This document shows positions 45,234 through 55,811 of a stretch of 64,000 nt of DNA, piece by piece; the first letter of the stretch is position 1; every line of letters starts with the position of its first letter. Made by a program: the position numbers and the translations under genes. The DNA is from Rebecca billardiae RCC1528 (lineage: Eukaryota; Protista; Haptophyta), in the NCBI GenBank assembly GCA_965240325.2, contig OZ251237.1, positions 992,001 through 1,056,000 on the forward strand, in the 5' to 3' direction. Below the pieces are notes generated by a model, which saw only the letters and a list, made by a program, of their open reading frames with translations, was not told the origin of the DNA and did not search any database.

Positions 45234-46408
45234 CAGCTAGCTTGAACTCGTAACTGCTGCCAGCGACACACCCGTGACACGCGTGTGTCGTCCGAGCAGG
45301 CGTCTTCCACTAGTTCCAGTTCTTACGCGAGCGCAGACGCAGTCGCGTAGGAAGCGCTCAGAGCTATAGGCGCTTCGGGCGTCGAGTCCGCGGTCCGCGG
45401 ATGTGCCAGCCGCCGGCCCACGGCCACGGCGGCACGGGCCGGTCGGGCCGCGCGGCCGTCTTCGGACCGTGCCCATCGCTGTCCAGTGGCGGCATCCGGC
45501 GCCGCGGCGGAGCCCGGCGGACAGCGCGGGCCCGGCGGCCCGGCAGCGGCACCGGCTGGGCGGTTGCTCTGACTGACTGAGTAGTGAGTGACGGGCCCGT
45601 CAGCAGCTTCAGGCGGCAGCGGCCGGCCACATATGACTACATATCCGCAGCCTGTCCTATCCGCGATCGTCGTGTACCGACTGAGACCGGCAGGGCGCAT
45701 CAGGGCGGCCCGGCCATGGCCGATCGGATCACGGCGGCAGGCCATCCTGACTGAGGCCCGTGCTGCCAACCGCGTCCACGTATCGCTCCATAACTCCGCC
45801 GTCACGCCGCCTTAGGCTTACTACAGTTTCGCCGGGTTCATGCACGGATGACGCCGTGCGAGGCTGCGACAGCACTAAGCTACTACTGATGATAATCGCC
45901 GGACTTATCATATCAGATCGAATTGTCTCAATAATTGAATCCGACTAGACGGACCGGCGGGCCGCGACCGCGGACCGGGCGCGACGGGTCCGGACCGCGT
46001 GACTAGCCACGGGCACGAGGTTGACCCGTGTCTAGCCACAGGCCAAACTGTGCCAAGTGCGGCAGCGATATGCCATGCGCGTTTACAGTATACCGTTTAT
46101 AATTATACTTCAACAGCCCGGTTCAGTGACAGTGACTGACAGTGACACTTGACAGGCCGCGCCGCGATCCCGTCTAGGGCTAGGGCGTGCTATTAAAGCT
46201 ACGGCCCATCCGGGAACCCGGGGTGACATCAACAAGCAGCCCGCGCTGTGATGGCACACCGGCCATATGTCAGTTTGGCAGCGTACATACACGTACACTG
46301 TATACACCGGTACAGCAGTCAGTCACGGACACCGTGGTCGTATCGGCCCACCTGCCACCACGGCCACGCCCTGCTAAGGGGCCCTGACCCTTGCGCAGCA
46401 TGACCCGC

Positions 46409-47977
46409 TCATGCGGCTTCGCGCGAGATGCCCAGCAGCTCGCCCTGCGCGCCGCACGCGGGGGAGGGGGCGCATGGCCGGCGGGAAGCGCGAATCAGCA
46501 CTCGCCGCCGGGCTCCTCAGGCGCGCGGCGCACGCGCGCCCCCCAGCCGCGCCGCGCGCGTGCACGAGCGCCGAGCGCGCGCACACCAGCTTGACCGTCT
46601 GGTCGCGTGTGTCGATCTTAGCCTGCTCGATCTCATATTTTATCAGGCTGGAGAGCGAGCCGTCGGCGCTGGCCCGCGAGATCTCGGGCTCGACATCCAG
46701 CGGCGCGCCGACGTCCAGCGGTCGCAGCCCCCCGGTCGAGATGATATCCCGGAAGGCCACCAGCCTCGTCGCGAGCGCCGAGTAGGACTGGTAGCGCAGG
46801 CACTCGAGGCAGCCGATGATGGAGCCGGTCCGGAAGATCAGGTCGTCGTCGATGTCCTCCTGCGAGACGGAGTCGGTCGACATCGCCTGCAGCAGCGTCG
46901 GGATGGGCGGCACCTGCAGCTCCTTCGTCAGCTGGATCGCCTCGAGGAACTGGTCCATCTGCCCCACCTTGCGCGAGATCGCCTCGCGCAGCGACGTGTC
47001 CTGCTCCTCCGTCTCGGCGAGCCGATCCAGCCACGCCTCCTTGGCGGACGCAATCACCACCCAGAAGCCCAGCTGCTCGAGCGGCGTGCCGCCGGCGAGG
47101 TCGATGATGGTGGGCGCCTCGCCACCGCTCGAGCCCTGCTCGAACGCCTGGTTCAGCGCCTTCTCGCGCCCCGCGATCGCCGCGGCCAGCGGCTCGTCGA
47201 ACTCCCGGTTCGCGACAATCACTCGGCTGAGGGCCGTCCGAATCTCGTCAGCGGCCGCCTGCTCGCCCGCCGCCCTTCGCCGCAGCGCCTCTGCCATCAT
47301 CCACACCTGGAAGCGCTTGATGAGCATGTCCCGGTTGGCTCGCACGAAGGCGTCCAGGCGGTCCTCCGCGATCGCGCTGCGGAGCGCCTGCGCAAAGGAT
47401 CGCAGGGGTCCGCGCGGCGCGGAGCGGTGAGCGCCCGCGCCGGCCGCGGCGCGCGGGCCACCGCCCGCGCGTGGCGCGCGCGCACCTGCAAGATGTCTTC
47501 GTTGCGCGCTTCACGCGCGAGCCGATACTGGCTCAGATCCGCTGTGAGCAGGTGCACGGAGGAGCCCGCCTGCGGCACCCGCTGCGCAGTCTGCGCGCCG
47601 TTCTCTCGTACGCTGGCAATATCCACGCTCGCCGCGGGGCTCACGGAGGCCATATCCACGGCGTCCTCGCCGTCCATGGGCGGCAAGGCGCCACCGGGGA
47701 CGCCCGGCTGCGCTTCGCCGTCCGCCAGCGCGGAGGGCGATGCTTCGCTCGGCTGCGCGAACCCGGTGTTCGAGCCGGCCGGCCCAGAGCCCGCGCGCTT
47801 TTTAGACGGAGCCTTCTTCTTCTTCTTGCCCTTGGCCGCCAGCATCGTCACCGACGGGGCGACATTCGCGCGCACGGACACGCGCTGCAGCCCGCGGTGT
47901 GGCGGCGCGTACGCCACCGTCGTACCGACGAGGGCGAGCGCCAGCGCCACCCCGATCATGAGACGGCCGCGTGCCAT
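46409..47977 (-). CDS. Uncharacterised, probably plastid-targeted helical protein; 3 exons
   Basis: Signal peptide (LMIGVALALALVGTTVA|Y) plus a transit-like region. Introns 47485-47388 and 46586-46445 give ..TVKL|GELLGISREAA*. Confidence 0.65.
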
Positions 47978-48086
47978 CTTCTCGTGACCGGCGAATTGAT
48001 GACGAACGTCTCAGCCAATGGCGGGCTGGCTGAGCGGAGCGTGCCGAAGCCACTGGGATGCACGCTGCTGCGCTTGGGATCGGAAC

Positions 48087-49106
48087 ATGGCGGGACGATG
48101 GCGGCCGACTGCGTCGCAAGCGTTAGCCTCGTGTGCGCTGCTGGTGAGCGGGGCTGTGGCCGTGCAGCGTGAGCGCAGCGTCTTCATATTTGGGCTCGGT
48201 TACACGGGTCGCCGGCTCGCGCGGGAGATCACACGTCAGAAACCCGATTGGGCGGTCGCAGGCACGGTGCGGCGACAGGCCTCGACACGTGAGGACCCGC
48301 GCGTGCGCGAGCTGGCGTGGGATGGCGGTGGGCTCGACCGCGACGGGCTCGAGGCGCTGGCCGAGGCGACACACGTCGTCTCCACTGTGCCCCCCGGCGC
48401 CGACGGCGGCGACCCTGTCCTCGGGTGCGTTCAAGGGATCCTGCGCGACACCTGCCGATCGCGGAGGCTCGAGTGGATTGCTTACACGTCCACCACGTCG
48501 GTGTATGGCGACCACGGGGGGCGCTGGGTGACAGAAGACTCGCCCACACACGCGCCGCCTGGCTCGCGCGCACATGCTCGCCTGCTCGTGGAGCGTGAAT
48601 GGCTCGCGCTTGGGGCCGAACCCGGCGTGAACGCGACGGTCCACGTCCTGCGCCTCGCCGGCATCTACGGCCCTGGCCGCTCCGCGTTGGACACGCTGCG
48701 ACGTCAGCCGGACGCGCTGGCGCAGTGCGAGGCATCTGGGGGAGCACACCCGGTGTCGCGCGTCCACGTGGATGACATCTGTGGTGCCACCATCGCGCTG
48801 ATGACATCTAGCGCTCGCAGTGGCGTGTTCAACGTGGCAGATCACGACCCTGCACCTCGAGCTCAGGTGTTCAGCCATGCCGACAAGCTACTCGCGGCGA
48901 GTAGCTTGTCGGCATGGCTGAACAGGCAGGGCTCCGGAGCCGCCCGTTCTCCAACGGCGCGCTCAACGCCGAGCGAACGCCACAGACGCCGCCGCACAGA
49001 GAGCAAGCGCGTGTGCGGCGACAAGCTCCGCACCACGACTGGGTACAAGTACGTGTACCCGGACTACACGCGCGGGCTCGCTGCCGTCGCAGAGACATCA
49101 GTCTGA
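48087..49106 (+). CDS. Atypical SDR / NAD-dependent epimerase-dehydratase (YeeZ-like)
   Basis: FIFGLGYTG, YTSTTSVYGDHGGRWVTE, LRLAGIYGPGR, SRVHVDDI, FNVAD..P, YPDY..GL. Confidence 0.88.
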   Translation: MAGRWRPTASQALASCALLVSGAVAVQRERSVFIFGLGYTGRRLAREITRQKPDWAVAGTVRRQASTREDPRVRELAWDGGGLDRDGLEALAEATHVVSTVPPGADGGDPVLGCVQGILRDTCRSRRLEWIAYTSTTSVYGDHGGRWVTEDSPTHAPPGSRAHARLLVEREWLALGAEPGVNATVHVLRLAGIYGPGRSALDTLRRQPDALAQCEASGGAHPVSRVHVDDICGATIALMTSSARSGVFNVADHDPAPRAQVFSHADKLLAASSLSAWLNRQGSGAARSPTARSTPSERHRRRRTESKRVCGDKLRTTTGYKYVYPDYTRGLAAVAETSV

Positions 49107-49441
49107 GACTCGGATAGACGACTGACAGAACGACAATACATACAGCAGTAACAGTAGATCGATATACTAAATCATCATCGTCATTGACGCGCGAGCTAGC
49201 CGTTATCCCGCGCGATGGCAGCTGATCCGCGCCTATGCGTGCGGGCAACTAGATGCCGATGATGACGAACTACTACTCATCAGCATCTAGTAGTTCGTCA
49301 TCTACTAGATGCTGATGAGTGCGAACTACAACTCATCAGCAGGCAAGCACTTCGTGACTCGTCAACGGTCCGCCGTGACCGTCGTCGGCACTCAAAGTCA
49401 AACGAGTTATAGGTGGGCCTGGACATTCGCAGCGGCCCAGG

Positions 49442-50116
49442 TCAAGGCGTCACGCCTTTGCGCTCGAGTATTTGCTTCAGCCGCCTGTTCTCCTCAGAGA
49501 GCTCGACGTTTCGTCGCTGCGCCTGCGACATGGCCCCGTTCGGCTTGCTGCGAGCTGCGCGGTGAAATGCAGCGCCAGATGGCTCGATGATGAGGTTGCC
49601 GCCTTTACCGCCTTTACGGTGCCTTATGCGGCGGAGGAGCTTGTCCTCCTCGTACGTGTCGAATGTAACCTGCCTCAGCGCGGGGATCACCTCGCGCTCG
49701 AAGGGCTGCGCATGCGGCGCGAGGTCGGTGACCTCCGCCCTTAGCAGGCGCTCGGCCGCGGTCGGCACGTACTCGTGCAGCATGCGCGTGCGCACGGTCT
49801 TTTGGTTGAGGCGAAGTGACGGGTTTTGATAGAGATTGAGTGCAACCGTGTCCACGCCGGCGTGAGCGATGCGCGCGTTTCGAGCAATGTAGTCATCTCC
49901 TTGCGAATGGATCTTTGCGTGCGCCTCCGAGTGCACGCCCGTGTATGCGCCAGGCTTGTGCGGCACATGGCTCGTGAGGAACGGCGGGTCGAGCTTATCG
50001 CGGTCCAAATCGCGATTGCGCACGTACTGGTCATACGATCGGCGGTACTCGGCGGCGTACTCGGGCGGCATAGGCTGCCGTCGCGCCAAGGGCGGGTCAT
50101 CGGCGACCGGCTCCAT
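49442..50116 (-). CDS. Hypothetical protein (~224 aa)
   Basis: The C-terminal part of ORF 49442-51130 has protein-like composition from MEPVADDPP. It lies head-to-head with the carrier gene and ends in a short coiled coil. Confidence 0.6.
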   Translation of the reverse strand: MEPVADDPPLARRQPMPPEYAAEYRRSYDQYVRNRDLDRDKLDPPFLTSHVPHKPGAYTGVHSEAHAKIHSQGDDYIARNARIAHAGVDTVALNLYQNPSLRLNQKTVRTRMLHEYVPTAAERLLRAEVTDLAPHAQPFEREVIPALRQVTFDTYEEDKLLRRIRHRKGGKGGNLIIEPSGAAFHRAARSKPNGAMSQAQRRNVELSEENRRLKQILERKGVTP

Positions 50117-50243
50117 GCGGATCGACGGGCATTCCTGGACTTTGACGCCTCTTCGGGCGGTAAGTAACGAGTAACGACAAGCGGCCGCCCGGATTTCCGG
50201 CTCGTGCGGGTCATACGGCAGGGTGGCGGCGGCGGACGCGCCG

Positions 50244-52092
50244 ATGACGGAGGCCCCGCCGCCACGGCGGCCGGTGCGCGGGCGGAACACGTCGTACCGC
50301 GTGTTGACCCGCTCTGGCGTGATCGACGAGCGCGACGTCGAGGGCCTCTTCCGCGCCTTCGACCTCGACTCGAGCGGCACGGTTGATCCGCACGAGCTCG
50401 CGGACGGGCTGCGCTTCCTCGGGATCCCCGCGACGGCCAAGTCGGTGGCCGCGTTACTCGACAAGATGGACACGGACAAGGACGGCCGCATCTCGATGCA
50501 GGAGTTCAAGGACTTTGTCCGCACGCGCAACGCCGAGATCGAGCAGACCTGGCGCGAGCTCGGCGCGCCGCGCGGAGAGGCGCCCGCACGGCTGTCGTCC
50601 AACGACATTCGCATAGGCATCGAGAATGTCGGGCTGTCAGTATCAGATGAGCAGCTCCGCTCGCTCGTGAGCCGGCTCGACGTCGACGGCGACGGCGTCG
50701 TCTCGTACGCCGAGTTCCAGCACTGCCTCATGCTCCTACCGGAGGCCAACCCCGCGGCCGTGATCGACACATTCATCGACGACACGCCCGTGGACTCGGG
50801 CACGTATGACCTCGCCAAGGACGTCCGACGCGGAGACGCGGACACCAGCCTGAAGATCTGCGTGAAGCTGGCCGCGGGCGCCGTCGCGGGCGCGCTCTCG
50901 CGGACGGCGACGGCGCCGCTCGACCGCATACGCGCGCTGATGCAGGCGGCGCCGGTGGGCACGCCCGTGCGCGGGCTCGCCACAGTTGCCCGCGACATCT
51001 GGCGTGAGGGCGGCGCGCGCGCCTTCTTCCGCGGCAACGCGGCGAACTGCGTGAAGATTGCGCCCGAGACGGCGGTGCGCTTCGCGCTCTTCGACACGCT
51101 GAAGCGCGCGCTCGCGCGCGACCCGGACAACGTGACGATGCGCGAGCGCTTTGTGAGCGGCGGCCTCGCGGGCGCCGTGTCGCAGACGATTATTTACCCG
51201 CTCGAAATTGTCAAGACGCGGATGAGCGTCTCGCCGGCGGGCGTGTACAGTGGGATGGTGGACTGCCTGCGCAAGACGCTCAAGTACGAGGGCGTCCGCG
51301 CGCTCTACCAGGGGCTCACGCCCACGCTGGCGGGGCTCGTGCCGTATGCAGGCATCGACCTCGCCGTCAACTCGTCCATGCGCGAGCATTTTGCCTCCTA
51401 CTACCAGGAGCGCGGGCAGGAGCCAGGGTTCTGGGCGCTGCTCAGTTGTGGGATGGTGCGTGCGCGCAGGGAGCACGCGCGCGTGATGGCGGCGTGTGGT
51501 GGCCACGGGGCGGCAGGGCCGCGCCACGCGCTGCCGAATGCGCGCTGCTCCCGGCACGCTGCCGAGCTGACGCGGCCGCGCGCCGCGACCCCCCAACCTG
51601 GGCCGCGCGGCCGTGGCGCAGGTGTCCTCGTGCATCGCGATGTGGGTCACCTACCCGCTCAACCTCGTGCGCACGCGGCTGCAGGCGTCGGGGGTGCCGG
51701 GCATGCCCCAGTACGACACCGCGTGGGGCTGCTTCACAGAGACGCTGCGCCGGGACGGGGTGGCAGGGCTCTACCGCGGCATTGTGCCCAACATGATGAA
51801 GGTGCTGCCGGCGGCGAGCATCAGCGTGGCGGCGTATGATGTGCTCAACCGCGCGGGCAGCCGCGCGTTGCGCACGAGGCGTGCGCGGCTGAACGACCGG
51901 ATGATGTCCGAGCGTTTTGAGGCGGCGGCGGCGCGAAGCGAGGGCAACGCGACGGCCGCGGTCGTGCCAGCTGCTGCGCCGGCCATCGGGCAGGCGGTGG
52001 GCGCGGGCGGGACGAGCCACAGGTGGTGGCAGCGCATCTGGCGCGGCCGCGGTGCGGGCGGCGCCGACCAGAGTCCGCCGCCCAGGCTGTGA
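50244..52092 (+). CDS. Calcium-binding mitochondrial carrier (SCaMC/APC, ATP-Mg/Pi); 2 exons
   Basis: EF-hands DLDSSGTVDPHE, DTDKDGRISMQE, DVDGDGVVSYAE. Carrier motifs PLDRIR, YPLEIVKTRM, YPLNLVRTRLQ. Intron 51456-51621. Confidence 0.92.
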
Positions 52093-52422
52093 GGGTGACT
52101 CGTTGTCCGGGGCCGTGGTGGTGCTCGTGAGTGGCCGAGTCGCACGGTCTACAGTTTACTATGAATTATCTGAGACGTAGTACCCCCATAGTACACAGGT
52201 CACAGCTCAGGCAGGCGAGATCAACGCGCGCCTGTAGCGCCGGGGCGCTCGCGAGCTGCGGCCCCTTGCAAAACTAATCCGGAACGCCATTTTTGGTTGG
52301 TTTTCCCAATGGGCGTCAATCTCGCCTGCCTGAGCTGTGTGCGTCTCTTATTCTTAGTAAACTGTAATCTGAAATCGGAGCTGTCCAGCAAGCGCTCCCG
52401 CCAGCCGCCGCCGGTACCACAC

Positions 52423-54134
52423 ATGGAGGCGAGTCCCGCTGCCGCTCGGCTGAGCGCGCCGCTCCTGAACACGGTCGGGGACGATGGCGCGGCGGTGGAG
52501 GCGGAACTCGCCGCTGTGCCCTCGCGCGGATACTCGCGCACTGCCGTTGCCGTGCTCGCACTGATTACGGTGTGCGATGCGATCGAATACGGTTTGATCA
52601 TGCCGTCGTTGTACGCGTACATCCACGAGGTGAGTGGGGACAAGTACGACCATGCGGACGTGCAGGCGCTGTTTGGCGCGGCGCTCTCGATCTTCTCCGC
52701 CACATCGTTCGCGTGCAAGCCCGCGTTCGGCTACGCAGCCGACCGCACACGTTACTCGTATGTGTACCTGTTCTCGATGACGATCGCGATCGTCGGCAAT
52801 TTGCTCTATGCGTACGCGGCGACAGCGGGCGCGATGTGGATGGTGCTCGCCGGGCGAGCACTCTCGGGTATCGGCTGCGCCAACTCGTCGCTCTCGTTCT
52901 CGCACGTCTCGCGCACCGTTCCCGAGCGCAGCCGAACATCTGTGATGACAATGCTCGGTGAGTGTGCTGGCCCGCGAGTGCGCGAGTGTGCTCCCGCGAG
53001 TGTGCCGCCCGGCTGACCTGCGCTCTGCGACGCACGCGCGCGACCGAACGGCAGGGATGAGCTTCCCGATCGGCCTGCTCCTCGGCCCTGGCCTCAACGC
53101 GCTCACCTCCGCCGTCGACCTCGAGGTGCTGGGCGTGCGCGTGAACGCAAACAACGCGCCGGGTCTGCTGATCGCGCTTGTGCTGCTCGTGCTGCTCGCG
53201 CTCGTGCTGCTGCTGCTGCACGAGCCGGCGGCGTACAACTCGCACGAGCACGCGCCGAGGCCCGAGGGCTGGCTCGGCACGCTGCGCGCCGTCGGCGCCG
53301 AGGCCGCGCGCCCGCCCGTGCTGCGGTGCGTCTTCTGCATCTTTTTGTTCAACCTGTACATCACGACGATCGAGGCGTTGGTCGTGCCGGTCACGCAGCA
53401 CACGTTCGGCTTCAAGCCGCTGCAGAACTCGTTCGTGTACCTCGGCACGGCGGTGGAGGTCATCACCCTCTCGGCACGCGCCGCGTCGCCAGCGATGCGC
53501 ACGCGCGCGCTCGCGTGCGCGCGCGCGCCTTATGTCAGCCCGCATAACACGCGCCCACCCTGGCGTGCGAACGCAGATGGGTGTGATGGCGTTCAGCAAG
53601 CGCACCTCCGACTCGGGCCTCGTCGCGCTCTCGTGCGCGGTGTGCGTCCTCTCTCTCGGCTTCAACCTGCGCTACTGGACGTACGACATGCCGCTGTGGC
53701 GCTTCATCGTCGGCGAGGCGATGTGTGTCGCGGCCATCCCGTTCGCGTTCGCGCCAAACAGGGCGCGCTTCTCGAAGCTCACGCGCACGTCGAGGCTGCA
53801 GGGGCTGCTGCAGTCGCTCATGTCCTCCGTCGCATCCGTCGGCTCGATCCTCGGCCCGCTCTACCTGTCGGCGACGCTCGGCGCGCCGACGTCCGCCGGC
53901 CCAATCGCTCAGCGCACGTTTGCCGGCCTGGCGCTCCTCTCAGGCGTGCTGCTGCTGTGGGAAGTGTGCGCGCTCACGTGCTGCCGCGCACCGCGTGCGA
54001 GCGAGCGCGACGCCGCGGGGAGGACGGCGGCTCCGCCGCCGTCCAGCTATCAGCCGCCATCCGAGGCGGTCGCCGCGGCGGAGCACGGCGCGCAGCATGC
54101 GCCGGCGGCCGCGGCAGCCCAGGCTGAGGCATGA
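52423..54134 (+). CDS. MFS transporter (MFSD8-like); 3 exons
   Basis: IMPSLYAYI, FGYAADR, GRALSGIG, GSILGPL. Introns 52958-53054 (GT-AG) and 53474-53576 (GC-AG). Confidence 0.82.
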
Positions 54135-54547
54135 TCGAATCGCGGCTGCAGTCCGATCGCATTACTTGAAGCACGCGAGCCTGGGCTCGACAGGTCGGGA
54201 TCGACACGACGCACGAGGGTCGGCATCAAGGGCCGCGTGCACTGAATGCGCAGCCCCGCGGGCCCGCGCCGGGCCGCCGGAATCAACTATCATGCACGGT
54301 CGACGCGTAAGTCAGAGCAGCGACAGGAGCCGGGGTTGCGGGCCACCAAGGTGTCCCAAGGCTCTGACGTACCTGCAGACGACCTGCGAGGCCACCTGCG
54401 CCGCCACAACCACACCGCCAGTGCGTGGATTCCCGGCCTCGCTTGACACCCCGCCGCCGGCCAGGCAGCCAGGGCAGCCATGCTGGCCCGAGCGGGGTGG
54501 GGCTCGTCGGCCCGCGGTCGCGCGACCATTCAAGCGCACGAGTACCG

Positions 54548-55252
54548 ATGGCGGCGCGCTGCGCGTGGCTCGTCGCGCTGCTAGCTGTGCGTGCCAGCGC
54601 GCAGCATGTGCTGCATGTCGTGGATAACGACGATGTCACCTGGGAGGATGTGCGTGGCGCCTTCGCCAAGCTGGGCGTGCGCGAGGCGCCCGCGCTCGCT
54701 GTGGTGGAGGTACTGAATAAGCGTGGCGAGGCGCTCGTCCTCGAGGGATCAAAAAAACGCTGCGAGAAGGGCGCCGAGCTCTTCGGCGCTCTCGGCATGC
54801 GCGCGCGCGTGCTCGACGCGCCTGCGCCGCCCCCCGGCGCGCCATATGCCGGCTCAGCAGTCACGGTGCTCACAGCTGATACCTTTCCAGCCGTGGTGAG
54901 TTCTGGCACGCCGATGATCATCAACGCGTACGCGCCGTGGTGCGGGCATTGCAAGCGATTGACCCCCGCGTACCGCCAGGCCGCGCGCGTGGCGCGCTGG
55001 CTCGCACCCGGCGCGCGCCTCGTTGCCATCGACTGCGACGGCGAGCCGCAGCTGTGCCAAATGCTCGGCGTGCGGGGCTATCCGACAATGCTGCGCGCAG
55101 CGGGCGGGCGCATCGTGGGCGAATATTCAGGGGCGCGCTCGGCGGTGGCGATGGCGATCTATGCCACGACGCAGTCGACGATGGCTTTCATCGGCCGCGC
55201 GCTGCGAGCGGGTGGCTTGCGCGTACCAGGGCTCAGGCGCTTGCTGCGATGA
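54548..55252 (+). CDS. Signal peptide-ClpS-like domain-thioredoxin (PDI-type WCGHC) protein
   Basis: AWLVALLAVRASA|Q, HVVDNDDVTWEDV..LNKRGEALV..CEK, YAPWCGHCKRLTP..GVRGYPT..EYSGAR. Confidence 0.8.
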   Translation: MAARCAWLVALLAVRASAQHVLHVVDNDDVTWEDVRGAFAKLGVREAPALAVVEVLNKRGEALVLEGSKKRCEKGAELFGALGMRARVLDAPAPPPGAPYAGSAVTVLTADTFPAVVSSGTPMIINAYAPWCGHCKRLTPAYRQAARVARWLAPGARLVAIDCDGEPQLCQMLGVRGYPTMLRAAGGRIVGEYSGARSAVAMAIYATTQSTMAFIGRALRAGGLRVPGLRRLLR

Positions 55253-55811
55253 ACTACACGATGACTCGACAGACTGCCGACGACGTACGTGATTGATGAC
55301 AATGACGATGATTATCGATTATTTGCCGGCGACGACGCCGTCGGCGGCGCTGTTGGCGGTCGCCGCTCTGGCTCAATGATATATTGAGCAGCCAGGAGAT
55401 CAATATGACCGCGTTCCGCGCGGTCCTTTTCCGTACAGAATCGTAGTCAACGCAGTTGGGGCGGCCCGCGCGAACCGGTCGTCACCCGCAGTGACCCACG
55501 GCGCCGCCCACGCCCACGGTCTGGCCGCTGACCGCTCACCGCTGGCTGAACAGTGACACCGCTGCCGCTGACTCTCCGTCGCATCAGTATCATGAAGTAG
55601 TACTCATCACTGTCGCCTGCCAGACTCCGGCCGACGTACGGTCGAATATAATGTCCGCCACGGTAACGCATCTGATCTGAATATTCTGATGGCGGCCTGA
55701 TGCACATCGGATCAGCCGTGATTGATACTGATGATATATGATCCGACCGACCGACCGCAGTCCCGAGTCCGCCGAGCGGATCATCATCACAGTCATCCGG
55801 GATTCACGGCA

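Noticed and set aside
49442-51130. 562-aa minus ORF
   Set aside because: Its N-terminal part is antisense to the SCaMC carrier; the plausible protein starts at 50116.
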